IMG/VR virus record: IMGVR_UViG_3300017957_001843
Coordinates: 11,244 to 75,243 of that record
Origin: a virus
Length of the DNA: 64,000 nt
Reading direction: 5' to 3' (one strand)
Below the pieces are notes generated by a model. That model made no database searches and was not told the origin of the DNA. It saw only the letters and a program-made list of their open reading frames with translations. A program made the position numbers and the translations under genes. Of the stretch, positions 40,001-49,800 are shown in pieces (position 1 is the first letter of the stretch; each line of letters begins with the position of its first letter).

Positions 40001-43000
40001 TGTCACTTCCTCTTCTATAATAATCTACTTTGCCGTTTTTATCTTTGCCGGAAGATACAAAGAAATTTTTATTATCGCCAGTTACAGCCATACTATCAGA
40101 AAATCCTTGATCTTCATCATCATAATCACTTATGTTAATAATAGATTGATGAAGTTTGTATGCAGGGTTATTTTCAATTACTTTCCAGTCACCATTTTCA
40201 TAATCCTCAATCCAGAATTTTTGTTTATCATATATTTTTGATTGTGCTAGTAGATTTGCTGTTTCTACATTTTCTGTCCTAACATTTCTTAACTTAGTAA
40301 CAATGTAATTTTTTCCTGTAAAGGTTTCTGGTTGGTTACCCGAAATGGTGCTAAAACGTATTTTATCTAGCTTTATACTTTCAACTTTGTAAAATCCAGT
40401 TAGGTTAAATTCATCTGCACCTTTAACACCTATAAAGTCGCCTTCTTTTACATTACCACCGGCCCAGCGATCTACTTTTAATTCCCATATAGGATCTCCG
40501 TCATCATTTGCAGTCAACGTCTCGGTTAATTCTTGACCGTACACGTCGGCTTCAATATGTTGATACACTGCCCAAGGATTATTTCCTGTTTCTACTACCC
40601 AAATGTAGTCTCCAATAGCTAATTGATTTACATCTCCATCGGGCAACTCGCTTTCGGTGCCTGCTACAAATGTAACATCTTCTTCGTTAACAAAACCTCC
40701 TGATTTAATAATCTCTTCTGTTAAAATCTTTGTAGGAAATGGTTTATGATTATATTCCAACGGAGTGTCGTACATTTGAAAAGGTAATATTCTATAGTGT
40801 CTGTCAAAATTTGTATCAGGTAAAGATTGCACAAGTTCTATAGCCTGAGGAGACTCCTGTATTTTATCTTCTTTGAAGTTTATTTCTATTTGTTTTTTAT
40901 TATCAACATTACCATATCTTCCTACTTGTAAAGCCCATTCTTCGTAGAATTCTAAAGTATTTTCTCCTGCTGTACCGAGAGATTTGAAAAGCTTATCTAA
41001 AGCATTTTGTGTCCCTTTATCTTGGATATATCCTTGATAAAATTTATACTGACTTACATCATCAGGAATAATATTTGCAAGATATTGACGTTTTTGAAAT
41101 CCTGTCAATTGCTTTGCCATTTGTTGTAAATTTATATCAAACCCTTGCGTGTCTAAACTGTAAAAATCTGTAAACTGGTTAATTCTATAATCAAAATTTG
41201 TTATTAATTCTGACTCGGGCTTTTCTGATAATCTATACCAATCGTTACTATTAAATGTACTAGAACCTGGAACATTTTTTGTTGCCACATAATAGAATTG
41301 CTTGTACTTTACTAAAGTACCTATATCATAATCTTTCCAAGTTGTCCAATCTGTAACTTTTGCATCATCAAAAACAAATCCCGGTATGTTTAAACTACCA
41401 TTCCAATCTGCAGCTCTATAACCTGTAACTTTAATTCGCTCTTGTCTATACCCAGTTGAAGGTTGGAAAATAATATCATTAAAAACTGTGTTGTTATCAA
41501 TCAATACAACGTGTTCTTTATGTACCAAAGGCAACACAGCACTATACAAACCTTCAGTCTCATTATTAGTTTGTATACCGAAGCTATTTTTATCTCTCAG
41601 TAAACTTGTAAATTCTCTAGACAATGGTTCTCCATTTGCTTGTAAAATAGAGTAAGGATAAAAATCATCATTTATGTTATCAACAACAAGATAATCTTTT
41701 TGGAAATTAAATCTATTAGCAGCAGGCGACAATGTTATAACTGTTCCGGACGCCCAGCCTTGTGTTGTCCAGAACAAAAATTCTTTACAAATTTGATCCC
41801 AATCGTTTACAATGCCTTCGCCTTCTACAAAGTTGAAATCAAATCCTATCTCTTTGAGATATTCACCATAACCTAACAAAAAGTCTACTACTTCTTGTGA
41901 ATTTTTAAGTGTTTGCCCGTAAGGAATAGATAAGGTTTCATTTTTATCAAAATTACGTTTGAACAAAGCTGTCTTGCCGCCAACTGTTGGAACTTCAGGT
42001 AATTTTACTAAATTAGTTGTAGTGAAAGATTCACCTGTTGTGTGAGTTTTTGTAACTCTGTAAAAATTATTCACGTATTCTACTATTGTATCTTTTACAT
42101 ATAGTTTTTCTGCTTCCCAATCTGTAGTCGCTTCAGATACTCCGCCAACTGACACTGGAACTGCTTTACTACCTATAATAGGTGCATAGTAGTTAAAAAA
42201 CGGATTTTCGTTATTATATCCACGTATCGTAAATCCGCTGGCTCTCTTTTCTACAACTACTCCGCTATAAGATGCTACAAACTGAGGAGAACTTGTGTTA
42301 AAGAATATTTCATAGTTTTCTGGAGGTATGTAAATACCTCCATCTTCTAATTGTTGTTGAGGACTTCTGCTATCTAGAATTAAGTTCAGCTTTGTTTTAT
42401 CACTAAAGCTTCCTAGTTTAAATCCTAATTGATTTGTAATTGACAAAACTTCTTGTTGATAATCATTGTATACTGTAAGAATATCACTTGCTACTAAATT
42501 GTAGATGTAATTAACAAGTCCGGACGTTGAAATCCGTAAATTATCTGCAAAGGTATTAGGAAAAATTATTTTATTTGTTGTTAAATTTTTTCCTGTTTCT
42601 TTATAAACCTGTTGACCTGCAAGGTTAGTAATTGTTCTCGATACATCAAAGCCTTTTCCTAATGTATCTGAAGGCTTGTTTAAAATTAAGCTGGTAATAA
42701 TAGCGAATGGATAATCCGAACTTCTTCTCCAGGCAGTTTCTACAGGAGATTCGTCGCCAAAACTAAAATTATTTGTACTTTGTCTTTGAACAAACTGATT
42801 CACATAACCACTTCTTTGTGGTGCTTTTACAAACCCTTTTGTATCAACAGGAATGTGACTTGTGATATTAGGTTTAGCATATTTCTCAGTGTATCTTACA
42901 TTCCCCGGTTCTGCAATTTTTCCTACTTCGATATCTCTCCATAAAATTAAATTATCAGATGTGTAAGGAGCAGGACCATACACAGTATCCCACCATTTAG

Positions 43001-46000
43001 GTTTTCTTTTGATGCCAAGTATTTCCCAAGGATGAGAATGTGGACGATCTGTGCCAAAAGCTCTTTTGTAAACGCCTCTCCAGAATCCAGGCAAAAGCTT
43101 ACCATTAGGATCTAATGCAGATGAATAATTGTATGTAAACGGATTTGTTCTATCGTAGAAAAAATTATCAGTATAATCAGCATCAACAAATGTTAGCCAT
43201 TTTTTGAAAAACTGTAGTAATGAACCATTTACTTCTGACCTATCAAATTCATTATCACCTTTATCGTTGCCTTCAAATGCATCTATATCTATACCGGTTT
43301 TATCATAGTCAACTTTGATATTGTTGAAGATACGTTTTTCTAGTTCTAATAATAATTCATCTCTAAAATCCAAATATGCTCTAACATAACTGCCGTCGTG
43401 TCCTCTAATCATAGGTATGCCTACAGGATACGCATCTATTTCTATGTTGTCATTTACACCGTGGAAGCCACCAGTATCAGGCATATACAAGTTCCTGTTA
43501 TGACCTTTAATTTGATGTATATGGAACGATCCTGTGCCGCCGTTTTCTACGTCTTTATCAATAGCTGCTTGTTGTGTAGTAAACACAGGGTAGAACCATC
43601 CCCTAATTCCTGCATTCTTAAATCCTTCAGAAACTTCGCCGTATATTTTATACTCCTTACCATCTACAGAACTTTCTGTTTGATAAGTGTCGTCTAATGT
43701 AAGTTCAGGATAGTATTTTGGATATAACCCTAGTTTACTTGGTGTCGGTGAAATGTATGATCCGTCAGTAGTTTCATATTCGTATATTTCAATTAAATCA
43801 TTTTCTATTTGGCCTGCACTGATAATAACATACCCTTGATTGTCAAAAGTATAGTCTTTTTCAAAAGTAAGTTGTTTTCCGTTTAGATATATGTATACAG
43901 ACTTAGATGATAATTCTTCTAACCCAAACGAATTTGTAAGTGCATACTGTGTGATTCTTGAATCTAATACCCGATAATCTATTTTGTTGTAAGGTCCATA
44001 ACCTAACATATCTGAAAAATAGAAGGGTTGAGATTTTACTTTATCTTTATTGATAGCTGCAAGTATTTTATCAACGTGTTGTTTTGTTTCTCCATCAAAT
44101 CCTAAAGTTGTTGCAGTATCTAAAAACACTCTTTTGAATCTGTTGTATTCAGTATTTGCATATTTAATTGCTTTAATCAAATTGTATTTTTTATTTGTTA
44201 TATGATATAACGGCAGATTGATAGGCGCAGCGTGTTTAACAAATCGTTTTCCGTATTTGTTTATATTACCAAGGTCTCTGATATTTCCTCTACCAGGAAA
44301 TACTCCTTTAAAGTCATTGATTTCACCGACCATACTATCAACGTGGTCAATAACTTCGCCCAATGTAAATTCTGATATGTCTTCGTTTAACGGATTTCTA
44401 TCTAAGTTGATAGGAACTTCGTAGTATCCATTATTATTTTTTTGCGATTTACTATCTGATTTTACAAGCAAAACATCATTTACAGATAAATTAGATGTAA
44501 ATCGTATCAACGCTCTCTGGTTAATCCTGTTTATTGTGTAATCAACATTCTTATATTGTAATTTGTTATTTACATATACAATTAATCGTAAGTCATTTAA
44601 ATCGCCTGCATTATTATATACTCTCACAGCAAAATCATTTACTTGTGATATGTCTACAATTCTTTGATCAATCACCCATTGTTTACTTTGAATAGGCTGC
44701 GATGACCAGCCATTGACATAATCAAATTCTGTTCTAGTTTTGTATTTGCGTAAAAATGCAATGTCAGTGTTCACTGTTACAATTTGTTCATTTTCCTGTA
44801 TAGTAAATGAATCATTTTGCAGATTAAATTCAAAAACAATGTCACCTGAGTTTTCTAATGATCTGTAAGTTAGCGGAAATCCTAATTCGTCGTCTTCTGT
44901 TCCTTGGCCTTGTTTGTAAGAAAATATTTTTGTTCCCTTAAACGTAGAAGAATTAAACACATCTAAATCGCCATAGGGGTTACCTTGAGGACAACACAAA
45001 TCAAACATAGGAGATTGATTAATCTTATTTTTTACTTGTGCAAGTGCCCATTCATTGTTATGATAATGATAAATTTGTCCGCTGTTTTTATTACCTTGTT
45101 TTACTAAAACATTTTCTAAAGATAAAGGCGTAGTGTCTTCAGTTTCTACTAAAGATATTTGACGCCTATTGTTGATTGTTATAAACTTAACTTCGTAAAT
45201 TTTACCTCTAACTATTAAATCTGTATCAGCAGCAAACAATACTCGCATACCTTCTGCAAGTTCAATACCGTCTACATTATATCCAATAGTTCCTTCGATA
45301 GTAGAAAATACATCACGTGTAAACGTATCTATAAGATCAACGTCTTGTTTGGCTTCAACACCATAATCGTAAAGTTTCAGCCCTGCATTAAATTCAATTA
45401 TCGGTCTTTTAGCTCTAAAATTTTCATCTATATTAATAGGTAAATTATTATATGTATAACTTTTTTCTATTACATCTTTATGAAACCACTTATTATACCT
45501 AGACCAAGAGTTTTTATCTTTAGCTGCACGATTTATAATAATATAATCTTTGTCTTGCGCATACGAGCTTGCATTTGAAAATGGTAAAACATCAAATGCA
45601 TCGCTGTCATAAGGTACTAAAACATCTTGATTGTAAACAGCCGGAATCAATAGATCCTTTTCATTTATTAAGACAATTTTGTCTCCTACACCTTCTACAT
45701 ACCACAAGTCTTCTTCGTATTTTTTAGGTGTAATATTGCCTTGAAATTTAATTTTCATTCCGTTTGATAATTCAACACCGTTTGCACTAGTATATTGTTT
45801 TTTACCTAAAACTTCGTTGCCAACATCTAAAAATGTATTTTCTTCTATATCATATATTCTAATAACACCGCTTGTATCTTGGTCATTTTTTGAAACATAA
45901 TATAATCTATCTGGTGCACTAAAAGGTATTGTAAATTCAATGGTGCCTCTTTCAATGTATGCTGTTGCTACTTCTTCTCCGTCTTCGCCTAATTTTCTTA

Positions 46001-46853
46001 TACCATCAGGATAAAGAGTGCTTACATTTTCTCCTTCTTCGAATTCAATGCTACCACTATCAGGTAAAACAATAAACTCACCTGTATCGTAACTTAAATT
46101 ATTTGCATCATACAAACTGCCATCAAACAAGCCGTTGTCTCTAAGTCCTTCAGTGCCTGCGGTTATAACAGCAGTTCCGGGAGTAAATGATCTACTAATA
46201 GCAATAGCCATAGGATGTCCTGGCGCATCTATTTCAAATCTATAAGTTTGACCTCTATAAAGTTTTATAGAGGGGTTACTTACAAAACCGTCATTAAATA
46301 TATACGTTGTATTATCGCCTTGATCTGACGTTGTTACAGTGTATGTGCTTGTAACTTCTTGACTTTGTCCTCGTACTGGCACAGATAAAGGACCAGTAGG
46401 TGCCCAATAGTATTCTCTAAAATTAACAAACTTATCCCAATCAATATGCGGGTTCCAACTATAATATTCTGAACTGTTTAATCTACTGTGGTTTTTTGTA
46501 TTAGCACCAAAATAATTTAATGTGCCAATATAGTCATTATAATCTTTATAAAAAGTAACATTATTAGACTCGTCTTTTATTACAGTTGCAGGTTCGAGCT
46601 GATATGCTTCTCTAGAATCGTTTACATCATTCAAATAATTATCAGAGGGGTTAAATGACTTTGCAGTTTTACGTCCTACATAATCATTTAATTTTTCAGC
46701 AACGCCGGGCTGTATAAGTTGATCTATTGTTCCTTGTAAGAATTTTTTATTTGTAACACTGCGGAAAAATTTAGGAATAAAATCACTAGCAGTACGGTTT
46801 TGTTCTCCGTCAGCTGGCAATGCACTTTCATTCTGTTCGTCGTTGTAAGACAT
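31041..46853 (-). CDS. Giant (5270 aa) multidomain baseplate wedge/virion structural protein
   Basis: Uninterrupted 15.8 kb ORF directly after the gp6-like gene; contains FG-GAP-like, CBM5/12-like, 'PG.GY' and 'GDG....F' repeats. Confidence 0.8.
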   Translation of the reverse strand: MSYNDEQNESALPADGEQNRTASDFIPKFFRSVTNKKFLQGTIDQLIQPGVAEKLNDYVGRKTAKSFNPSDNYLNDVNDSREAYQLEPATVIKDESNNVTFYKDYNDYIGTLNYFGANTKNHSRLNSSEYYSWNPHIDWDKFVNFREYYWAPTGPLSVPVRGQSQEVTSTYTVTTSDQGDNTTYIFNDGFVSNPSIKLYRGQTYRFEIDAPGHPMAIAISRSFTPGTAVITAGTEGLRDNGLFDGSLYDANNLSYDTGEFIVLPDSGSIEFEEGENVSTLYPDGIRKLGEDGEEVATAYIERGTIEFTIPFSAPDRLYYVSKNDQDTSGVIRIYDIEENTFLDVGNEVLGKKQYTSANGVELSNGMKIKFQGNITPKKYEEDLWYVEGVGDKIVLINEKDLLIPAVYNQDVLVPYDSDAFDVLPFSNASSYAQDKDYIIINRAAKDKNSWSRYNKWFHKDVIEKSYTYNNLPINIDENFRAKRPIIEFNAGLKLYDYGVEAKQDVDLIDTFTRDVFSTIEGTIGYNVDGIELAEGMRVLFAADTDLIVRGKIYEVKFITINNRRQISLVETEDTTPLSLENVLVKQGNKNSGQIYHYHNNEWALAQVKNKINQSPMFDLCCPQGNPYGDLDVFNSSTFKGTKIFSYKQGQGTEDDELGFPLTYRSLENSGDIVFEFNLQNDSFTIQENEQIVTVNTDIAFLRKYKTRTEFDYVNGWSSQPIQSKQWVIDQRIVDISQVNDFAVRVYNNAGDLNDLRLIVYVNNKLQYKNVDYTINRINQRALIRFTSNLSVNDVLLVKSDSKSQKNNNGYYEVPINLDRNPLNEDISEFTLGEVIDHVDSMVGEINDFKGVFPGRGNIRDLGNINKYGKRFVKHAAPINLPLYHITNKKYNLIKAIKYANTEYNRFKRVFLDTATTLGFDGETKQHVDKILAAINKDKVKSQPFYFSDMLGYGPYNKIDYRVLDSRITQYALTNSFGLEELSSKSVYIYLNGKQLTFEKDYTFDNQGYVIISAGQIENDLIEIYEYETTDGSYISPTPSKLGLYPKYYPELTLDDTYQTESSVDGKEYKIYGEVSEGFKNAGIRGWFYPVFTTQQAAIDKDVENGGTGSFHIHQIKGHNRNLYMPDTGGFHGVNDNIEIDAYPVGIPMIRGHDGSYVRAYLDFRDELLLELEKRIFNNIKVDYDKTGIDIDAFEGNDKGDNEFDRSEVNGSLLQFFKKWLTFVDADYTDNFFYDRTNPFTYNYSSALDPNGKLLPGFWRGVYKRAFGTDRPHSHPWEILGIKRKPKWWDTVYGPAPYTSDNLILWRDIEVGKIAEPGNVRYTEKYAKPNITSHIPVDTKGFVKAPQRSGYVNQFVQRQSTNNFSFGDESPVETAWRRSSDYPFAIITSLILNKPSDTLGKGFDVSRTITNLAGQQVYKETGKNLTTNKIIFPNTFADNLRISTSGLVNYIYNLVASDILTVYNDYQQEVLSITNQLGFKLGSFSDKTKLNLILDSRSPQQQLEDGGIYIPPENYEIFFNTSSPQFVASYSGVVVEKRASGFTIRGYNNENPFFNYYAPIIGSKAVPVSVGGVSEATTDWEAEKLYVKDTIVEYVNNFYRVTKTHTTGESFTTTNLVKLPEVPTVGGKTALFKRNFDKNETLSIPYGQTLKNSQEVVDFLLGYGEYLKEIGFDFNFVEGEGIVNDWDQICKEFLFWTTQGWASGTVITLSPAANRFNFQKDYLVVDNINDDFYPYSILQANGEPLSREFTSLLRDKNSFGIQTNNETEGLYSAVLPLVHKEHVVLIDNNTVFNDIIFQPSTGYRQERIKVTGYRAADWNGSLNIPGFVFDDAKVTDWTTWKDYDIGTLVKYKQFYYVATKNVPGSSTFNSNDWYRLSEKPESELITNFDYRINQFTDFYSLDTQGFDINLQQMAKQLTGFQKRQYLANIIPDDVSQYKFYQGYIQDKGTQNALDKLFKSLGTAGENTLEFYEEWALQVGRYGNVDNKKQIEINFKEDKIQESPQAIELVQSLPDTNFDRHYRILPFQMYDTPLEYNHKPFPTKILTEEIIKSGGFVNEEDVTFVAGTESELPDGDVNQLAIGDYIWVVETGNNPWAVYQHIEADVYGQELTETLTANDDGDPIWELKVDRWAGGNVKEGDFIGVKGADEFNLTGFYKVESIKLDKIRFSTISGNQPETFTGKNYIVTKLRNVRTENVETANLLAQSKIYDKQKFWIEDYENGDWKVIENNPAYKLHQSIINISDYDDEDQGFSDSMAVTGDNKNFFVSSGKDKNGKVDYYRRGSDSNLLQVDQSIFPPDRIRPWLPNTLYRRNTIVVYDIDSTRTYWKSVQSHTSGNVFSDAEIAEYWVQEDNPFAYFDPIYSNFGQSIDVSIDGEYLAIGAPNASYVKTRYKGDFDPDTSYVKGDIVRYRESLWRANRNILPRIEDQPFSTFDSYIDITEEADADSTSLTLLVAGDPGLPNNIVDHFLVRAPADMYNGTDVGDGVSLAWNIRSFTYPTLDNYYPFNNQITEITPEFLRQEHIINEKVDHIFYIDAFVTLPTIGDRVVTDTGAGEVYYTAKNEDSAVIYIINANGTFSVTGELYTSNDDFVGFYTEENTYATTDAVGGYWLFKTYRTSEAPTSGYTTTTFAGEEFTYRNNSTYYDVGRGLVYVDVRLASEIVEQHPINLYSNIQDAIGTIGPYINRKNQASFISHLAYTGDNGGTELARPSTKLVIRAAKEYSDELYARFLQDPNQTFGMKFFDNPDYDITTSGISINDLTKNQLVEDIWDGFIDFEFTEFDFQGDVFEPEIGDILVDVQTPRDGFGGLALTSNTTSAAEVVFYQRNFNRVRVYVKVRTDLQPGNFEQQTNIGRYQIKRLSNPSLRGAGDPDQVIGTVDSVDDDIAIGNSIIGKLLLIDAGRNFPVSKNWNDVIPIIDQEYFFFNEDTLSGIDRLQNAPYSLNKDYTQVFNIPADRFGTGGYENQGVVSIYRRDNTGLYQFQIAIASEYAGKDKRFGSKVKISKNNELYTLFISNEPSGDSRNDPYEWRTNPGAIEIYNQGVDTTVNLTGGYKLDAAYTKGDVVIFKDDYFRANKDIASSAEEDIRNPVLWNNISWRRGKDEQYRGQFNDLYSYAENNIVLQDGTFWKALTNISAGADAPSLTNTSWESQIDSIDYLGYLPNLTGFATLFEQVYDPIENIEQFADAFDVSENGETLIVKTKQMLSDSTFESAIAVYNLEQKKYNLKQIIKAPSSSYVLKDHDNDSETPDVYVDQNLWANSISLKPDGSSIAVSVPYDDANKIDQGAVWIYSYDYNANKFGIEDNGVTAPTFTLQSPNNEEVERFGYSLDYSNENLAISSLNGDMVIPTRFDTYVNRLNEINYILDTDSEERDATTFDKNFTTFANRKVDKGTVYIFEDIGNGLIYSEQLLYPNQRENFGDNILSQGNHIYVGLPYAQNVIGNERGFVIDYRKVKNTKSWTSLRSSRLPVDLDKIDGMFVYNKRSNEIISYIDYIDPIQGKIAGIVDQELTYKLNYDPAKYNVGPIADKDVDPKLFWGASYVGQVWWNVSTARFSFPYQGSTTFQRNEWNRLLPGATIDIYEWVESDYLPSQWNQLADTDNGLSLGISGTAIYGDTKYSAKLEYDQVSQTFSTKYYFWVENKQTVPNLPNRKLNLRNMVQLIARPRQSGYRYVSLIAENKLVINNLDKIITSDDIVLNIKYKEEVGKEQNEHTQYQIISENLSSSKPNKDIELKWFDSLIGVDSTLRPVPDPKISPAKRIGIQNKPRQSIFVNRIEALKQTVERINFVCSQSPIVDEKNINNLLQKENAPSTFTGRYDLAIDTFDELEFVSTNRVTPAKLTPIVVNGKILRVEITDPGRGYKIEPSYQIEGDGSGAVFEISINNLGQITNVDVVSQGVGYNDNVAIKLRKFSVLVNADSTAFNKWTIYEYNEVQKNWLRTAIQSYDVSLYWNYVDYYAEGYNQFTDIDYAVQNSYQLAALDDTIGDVVKIENVGSGGWILLEKISNENTEDYTINYKTIGRQNGTIELASSLYDFANNDIGYDNKSFDSAFYDTNPVRELRIILETIRDDIFIGDIEIEYNQLFFASLRYILSEQTNVDWFFKTSFISATHKLGMLEMTPTFKYSNLEDYEEYVKEVKPYSTNIRKFVDSYDHVEPTGSVLTDFDLSPYYDTTSGNIRSSNTTLVTNNLVGDETNTLVYPRKHWRDNFGYQIKDIEIADSGSEYTFTPVVKISGGGGAGATAKAVLGYGKITKIIVTNPGNGYTSLPTVTIEGSKDENGTDAKAVAVLGNGVVRSPHIVVKFDRLLGDYFFQTIQKSETFEGTNNKTVFDLPFPIELDNSKVKVFVNEIEQLRSKYTYENIIDNSKSYTRSRGKIIFTTPPALGDTITVQYQIPLSMLGAEDRIQFAYNPLSDMYGKDLAQLMTGVDYGGVEVRSYAFVGISGWDRKGWYTDLWDEFDDQFEDEVFTADQSTIAVQLTKPLENGVEYNVYRRSYSSQEPNPNPFVRLDDPNFGTTLPVTNTNAIIQSITGDGTTDIINLQDLGVVLLDGDTLIVRKTTSDGSILPDTNSYDTQLSGGDLAYTTATGINAEDIITDGDGFISEAAQAGPEELVPGQVFDTLDIKVYTRDGSGQGKIFLQNYRIVESQNVYNLGVAPGTVDSVFVKIDNTILTQGEDYDIDWNNNVVVIRSVVTDIEIWQEGAALNIVTMSQAGQSILDYNSYFGDGVNRHFATNVRLQEDISVYASIDGVKQEVTFGEDSSNSNLVVDFDTAPPEDSLVYIAIFAGNSIVNYSQLKKDTFLGDGTETNFELSSAPFYSKPTQYNLIVKVDNNILSPGYNIQYTIPENRQREFALEVFQQPSGSLLTTDIVVFLNGSLITVEELQWRFDIANSSVVLADDVGNPGDSLEIYVITDGEYTLTSPTTVTLTNPPADESEIEIYQFSNHDILEIERMNYDVVSRTTLNVDSNDYITYNRLTVGEIELRKPAIDSKYVWVIKNGTLLSAEVDYTLNEVKDKVILKEIPQPDDVLDIMHFTAEASESKFAYRQFKDILNRTHFKRLDAAATTLAAPLNQYDLRIELVSGENLSEPNKSQNLPGIIFIDGERIEYFVKENNILRQLRRGTLGTGIKDVYNIGTKVYDQNISKTVPYRDTSIVQNFTSDGLSRVYQITDPTAFIDEIEVFVGGKRMDKQEQKRYLPIFEQDSPEGDVTIDPDVKFDPISQSIVLREIPIEGTVISIVKKQGKLWTQNNETLGESDNSISRFLRAGTSELPE

Positions 46854-49800
46854 TAGTAACTAGATCCTCCGCTGTTAGATGAGCTTGTGTAAGTTGTACT
46901 ACTGGTCGAAGTTGTACTACTGGTCGAAGTTGTACTACTGGTCGAAGTTGTACTACTAGTTGAGCTTGTTGCATTTGCACTTGCAATTCCACTTGTTGTA
47001 GAAGTAGAAACACTTGTGACTACACTTCCGCTTGCTTGTAATTCTGTAGCTGTAATCTCATCTATGATTTGTATATCAGAAACTTGCGCTGCACTAATAA
47101 AAATTTCATCAAATTCTGATTTTATTTCAAATAGTGATCCAAAACTTTGAGTTTCTTTTTTTGGAACAATTAAAATACTTTGTAACTTAGGACTTAACGT
47201 GTTCATTATGTATGCACTTAGTTCTTGGAAATAGAAAGTTTCTCCAAAGTCCCAATTTTCTAATTCAAAAAATTTGTCTACAGCAGAGATAATATCTGCT
47301 TTTAATTCGTTTTCATTTATGACTAAATTTTTGTTACGCACAATTTTAAAATTAACCTGCAAATCTTCTTTTGCCTTGCTACCAAACAATATTTTATACT
47401 TAACAGGATGATATACTATTTCATCACTTATTGACTTAATTGCATTTATAGAAGATCCGTAAGATCTTGTCAACACATCATTACTTGTAGGTAAAGGCAT
47501 TACATCGATTGCACCTTTTATAAATTTACGCATTTCTACATCATAATTTTTTGTAAGTAGATATGTATCTATTATATTGCTTGCGCTCGGATCGATTCTA
47601 TAATTATCGTCTGCAACGTGGATGTAATGGAATTTTAAATTGGATCTTCCAGTAAACGCTTTATAATCAGTAGAAAGAGTCAAATTTCCTGCGGCTTTAT
47701 TTAATTTTTTAAATACTTGTTCTTCTACCAAATAAAATACTTGACCTTCTACGTGTGTAGAGTACGAACCGATTGCATTTTCATTTGTTACAATTTTTAC
47801 TTCTTGGGTTCCGGCTGTAGTTATTTCATTCGCAAAAAATTTAAAATCTTCTACACCATCACTTGTTGTATATTTTTTTTGAAATACCAATTTATTTGCA
47901 ATATCAATTAAATTGTTATTCTCATCAACTAAATCATTGAAAATATCTAAATTATCTACTGCTCCGTCATCATCTAAATCAAAAAACTGCACTTGTATTT
48001 TTCTAGTGTCAACATAGCCTTCGGCATCTCTGTAGGCATCACTAATGCTCCATACATAATCTTTTGAATATGGTTCGCCACTTGCAGCTTGTCTGTTTAT
48101 ACTTAAAATTTTAATTTGGTCTCTAATAATTTTTCCTGTTTTAGGATCGTAAATTTTATCTGCTGCATCAAAGAAAAATCTAATTTCGTTTGCACTTTCA
48201 AAAATATATCTTTGATTTCTGTTAGTGATAGTATACTTTTCTCCGTCATTTGTGAAATTTAGTAGCCAACTTGAATCTAAATTAGCAGCCGTAGTATCTC
48301 CCGATTTACCTAAAGCAAAATCATTTACCGAATTAACATTTTCTGCCAATACAAGTTTCCACTCTCTAGTAGTTGTATCATATCTTAAAGCAAAATCTTT
48401 ATAAGAAAACGTTTGATCTATTATTTGTATTTTTAAATCATCACTTAAAACTTTAGAAAATTTTGCTACAATTGAAACTAATTGGCTGTTATCATTAACT
48501 ACGTCTGTAAGACTAATATCTCCTATAGTATTCACCACGCTATCGCCTTCATTATTAACAACAGAAACTTTTGTCCATTTATATAACGAAGCACCAAATT
48601 GTTCAGCATTTGTTGTTAATGTGCCATTTGGTAAAAAGTATTGTTGTGTTTGTCCTTGCATAGGTGCTTTGAATTTCAACATAGACCCTGTTTCTAAAAA
48701 TCTAAGATTATTACTTGTAAAGGAAGATACTTTAAATCTATTTGTTGTATCATTTTGTGATACTAAATTGCCTGTGTTTTCATTTATTGCTTGATACTCG
48801 TTTTTCCAAATTGCAGACAAATCAATAGTATCGATTTGAGGAAATTCACTATAATAAAAATTACGCAAATTTGTAGATTGTATAATACCTTCTATTGTAT
48901 TATATATTACACCTTCAATATCAGTTTGTGTATTAAACGTAAACGTGGAAGTTGAATCATAATATTCTTTGTAAATAACACCATCATCAGCAAATAGGCT
49001 TGTGTTAGAATATTTGCCACTTGCATCTATTAAATCAAAATATCTGCTTATACCACTAGATATCCTGTTCACACTTTTTGTTTTAATAATATCTTGGCTT
49101 ATTGCTAAAGGCCCTATATTATAATCTTCAGCTGTAATTAATCTGTTTTGCGTATAATAAGTTGCAGGAGCATTTTGTTTTATACTTGTATTAGTTTCTG
49201 TCGTTGTACTGTTAGAAACAGTATAATTTAGTCTTAGGCCAATTGTTAATTTTTCTAAATTTCCGGCTCGCCCTTGATAAGGTATTTCAATGTTGACATT
49301 ACCTATACCATTGGGTGTAACAACCATATTTTTATTTGCACTTGTTCTATAAAAAACTTTAAAATTGCCTGCAGGTAAATTTCCAAATACACCGTCACTA
49401 AAAACTAAATTTATTCTATCACCTACTCTAGTTGTAACAGCAAATACGTTTCTAATACCTTCAAACAAACTATTGTAAATTACATTATTACCTTCAACAT
49501 TATCTAATCTTGTCCAAGGAGTTGTTTCAAACCCATTTGAATCTGTATTGTACAACCAAATGTCATCGTTATTAATATTTTCGGCATCAATTGCAATTAT
49601 CTGATTAGGTGTAGGATTTGTTACATTGAATGTACCTGTATCAAGATTTCCTTGCCTAAAGTGCATAAAAAATCCAGTGTTTATACTACCTGCTCCTTGA
49701 CCGTCATCTCTAAACAAAAATGCAGGACTGGTTCCAGGTACAGGAGGTTCTTCTACAATAACATCACCTTGTATATCTGTACTAACAACTTCAAATCTTG

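Noticed and set aside
44991-44996. CC pair (FDLCCPQG) in the nearly Cys-free giant protein
   Set aside because: A single dipeptide is too little to support a functional claim without an alignment.
46891-46957. Possible CRISPR array
   Set aside because: The repeats are head-to-tail with no spacers, in frame within a CDS, and no cas genes are present.
46828-47013. 61-aa ORF with VVQLRP repeats
   Set aside because: Alternative-frame reading of the 18-bp repeat inside gp6.
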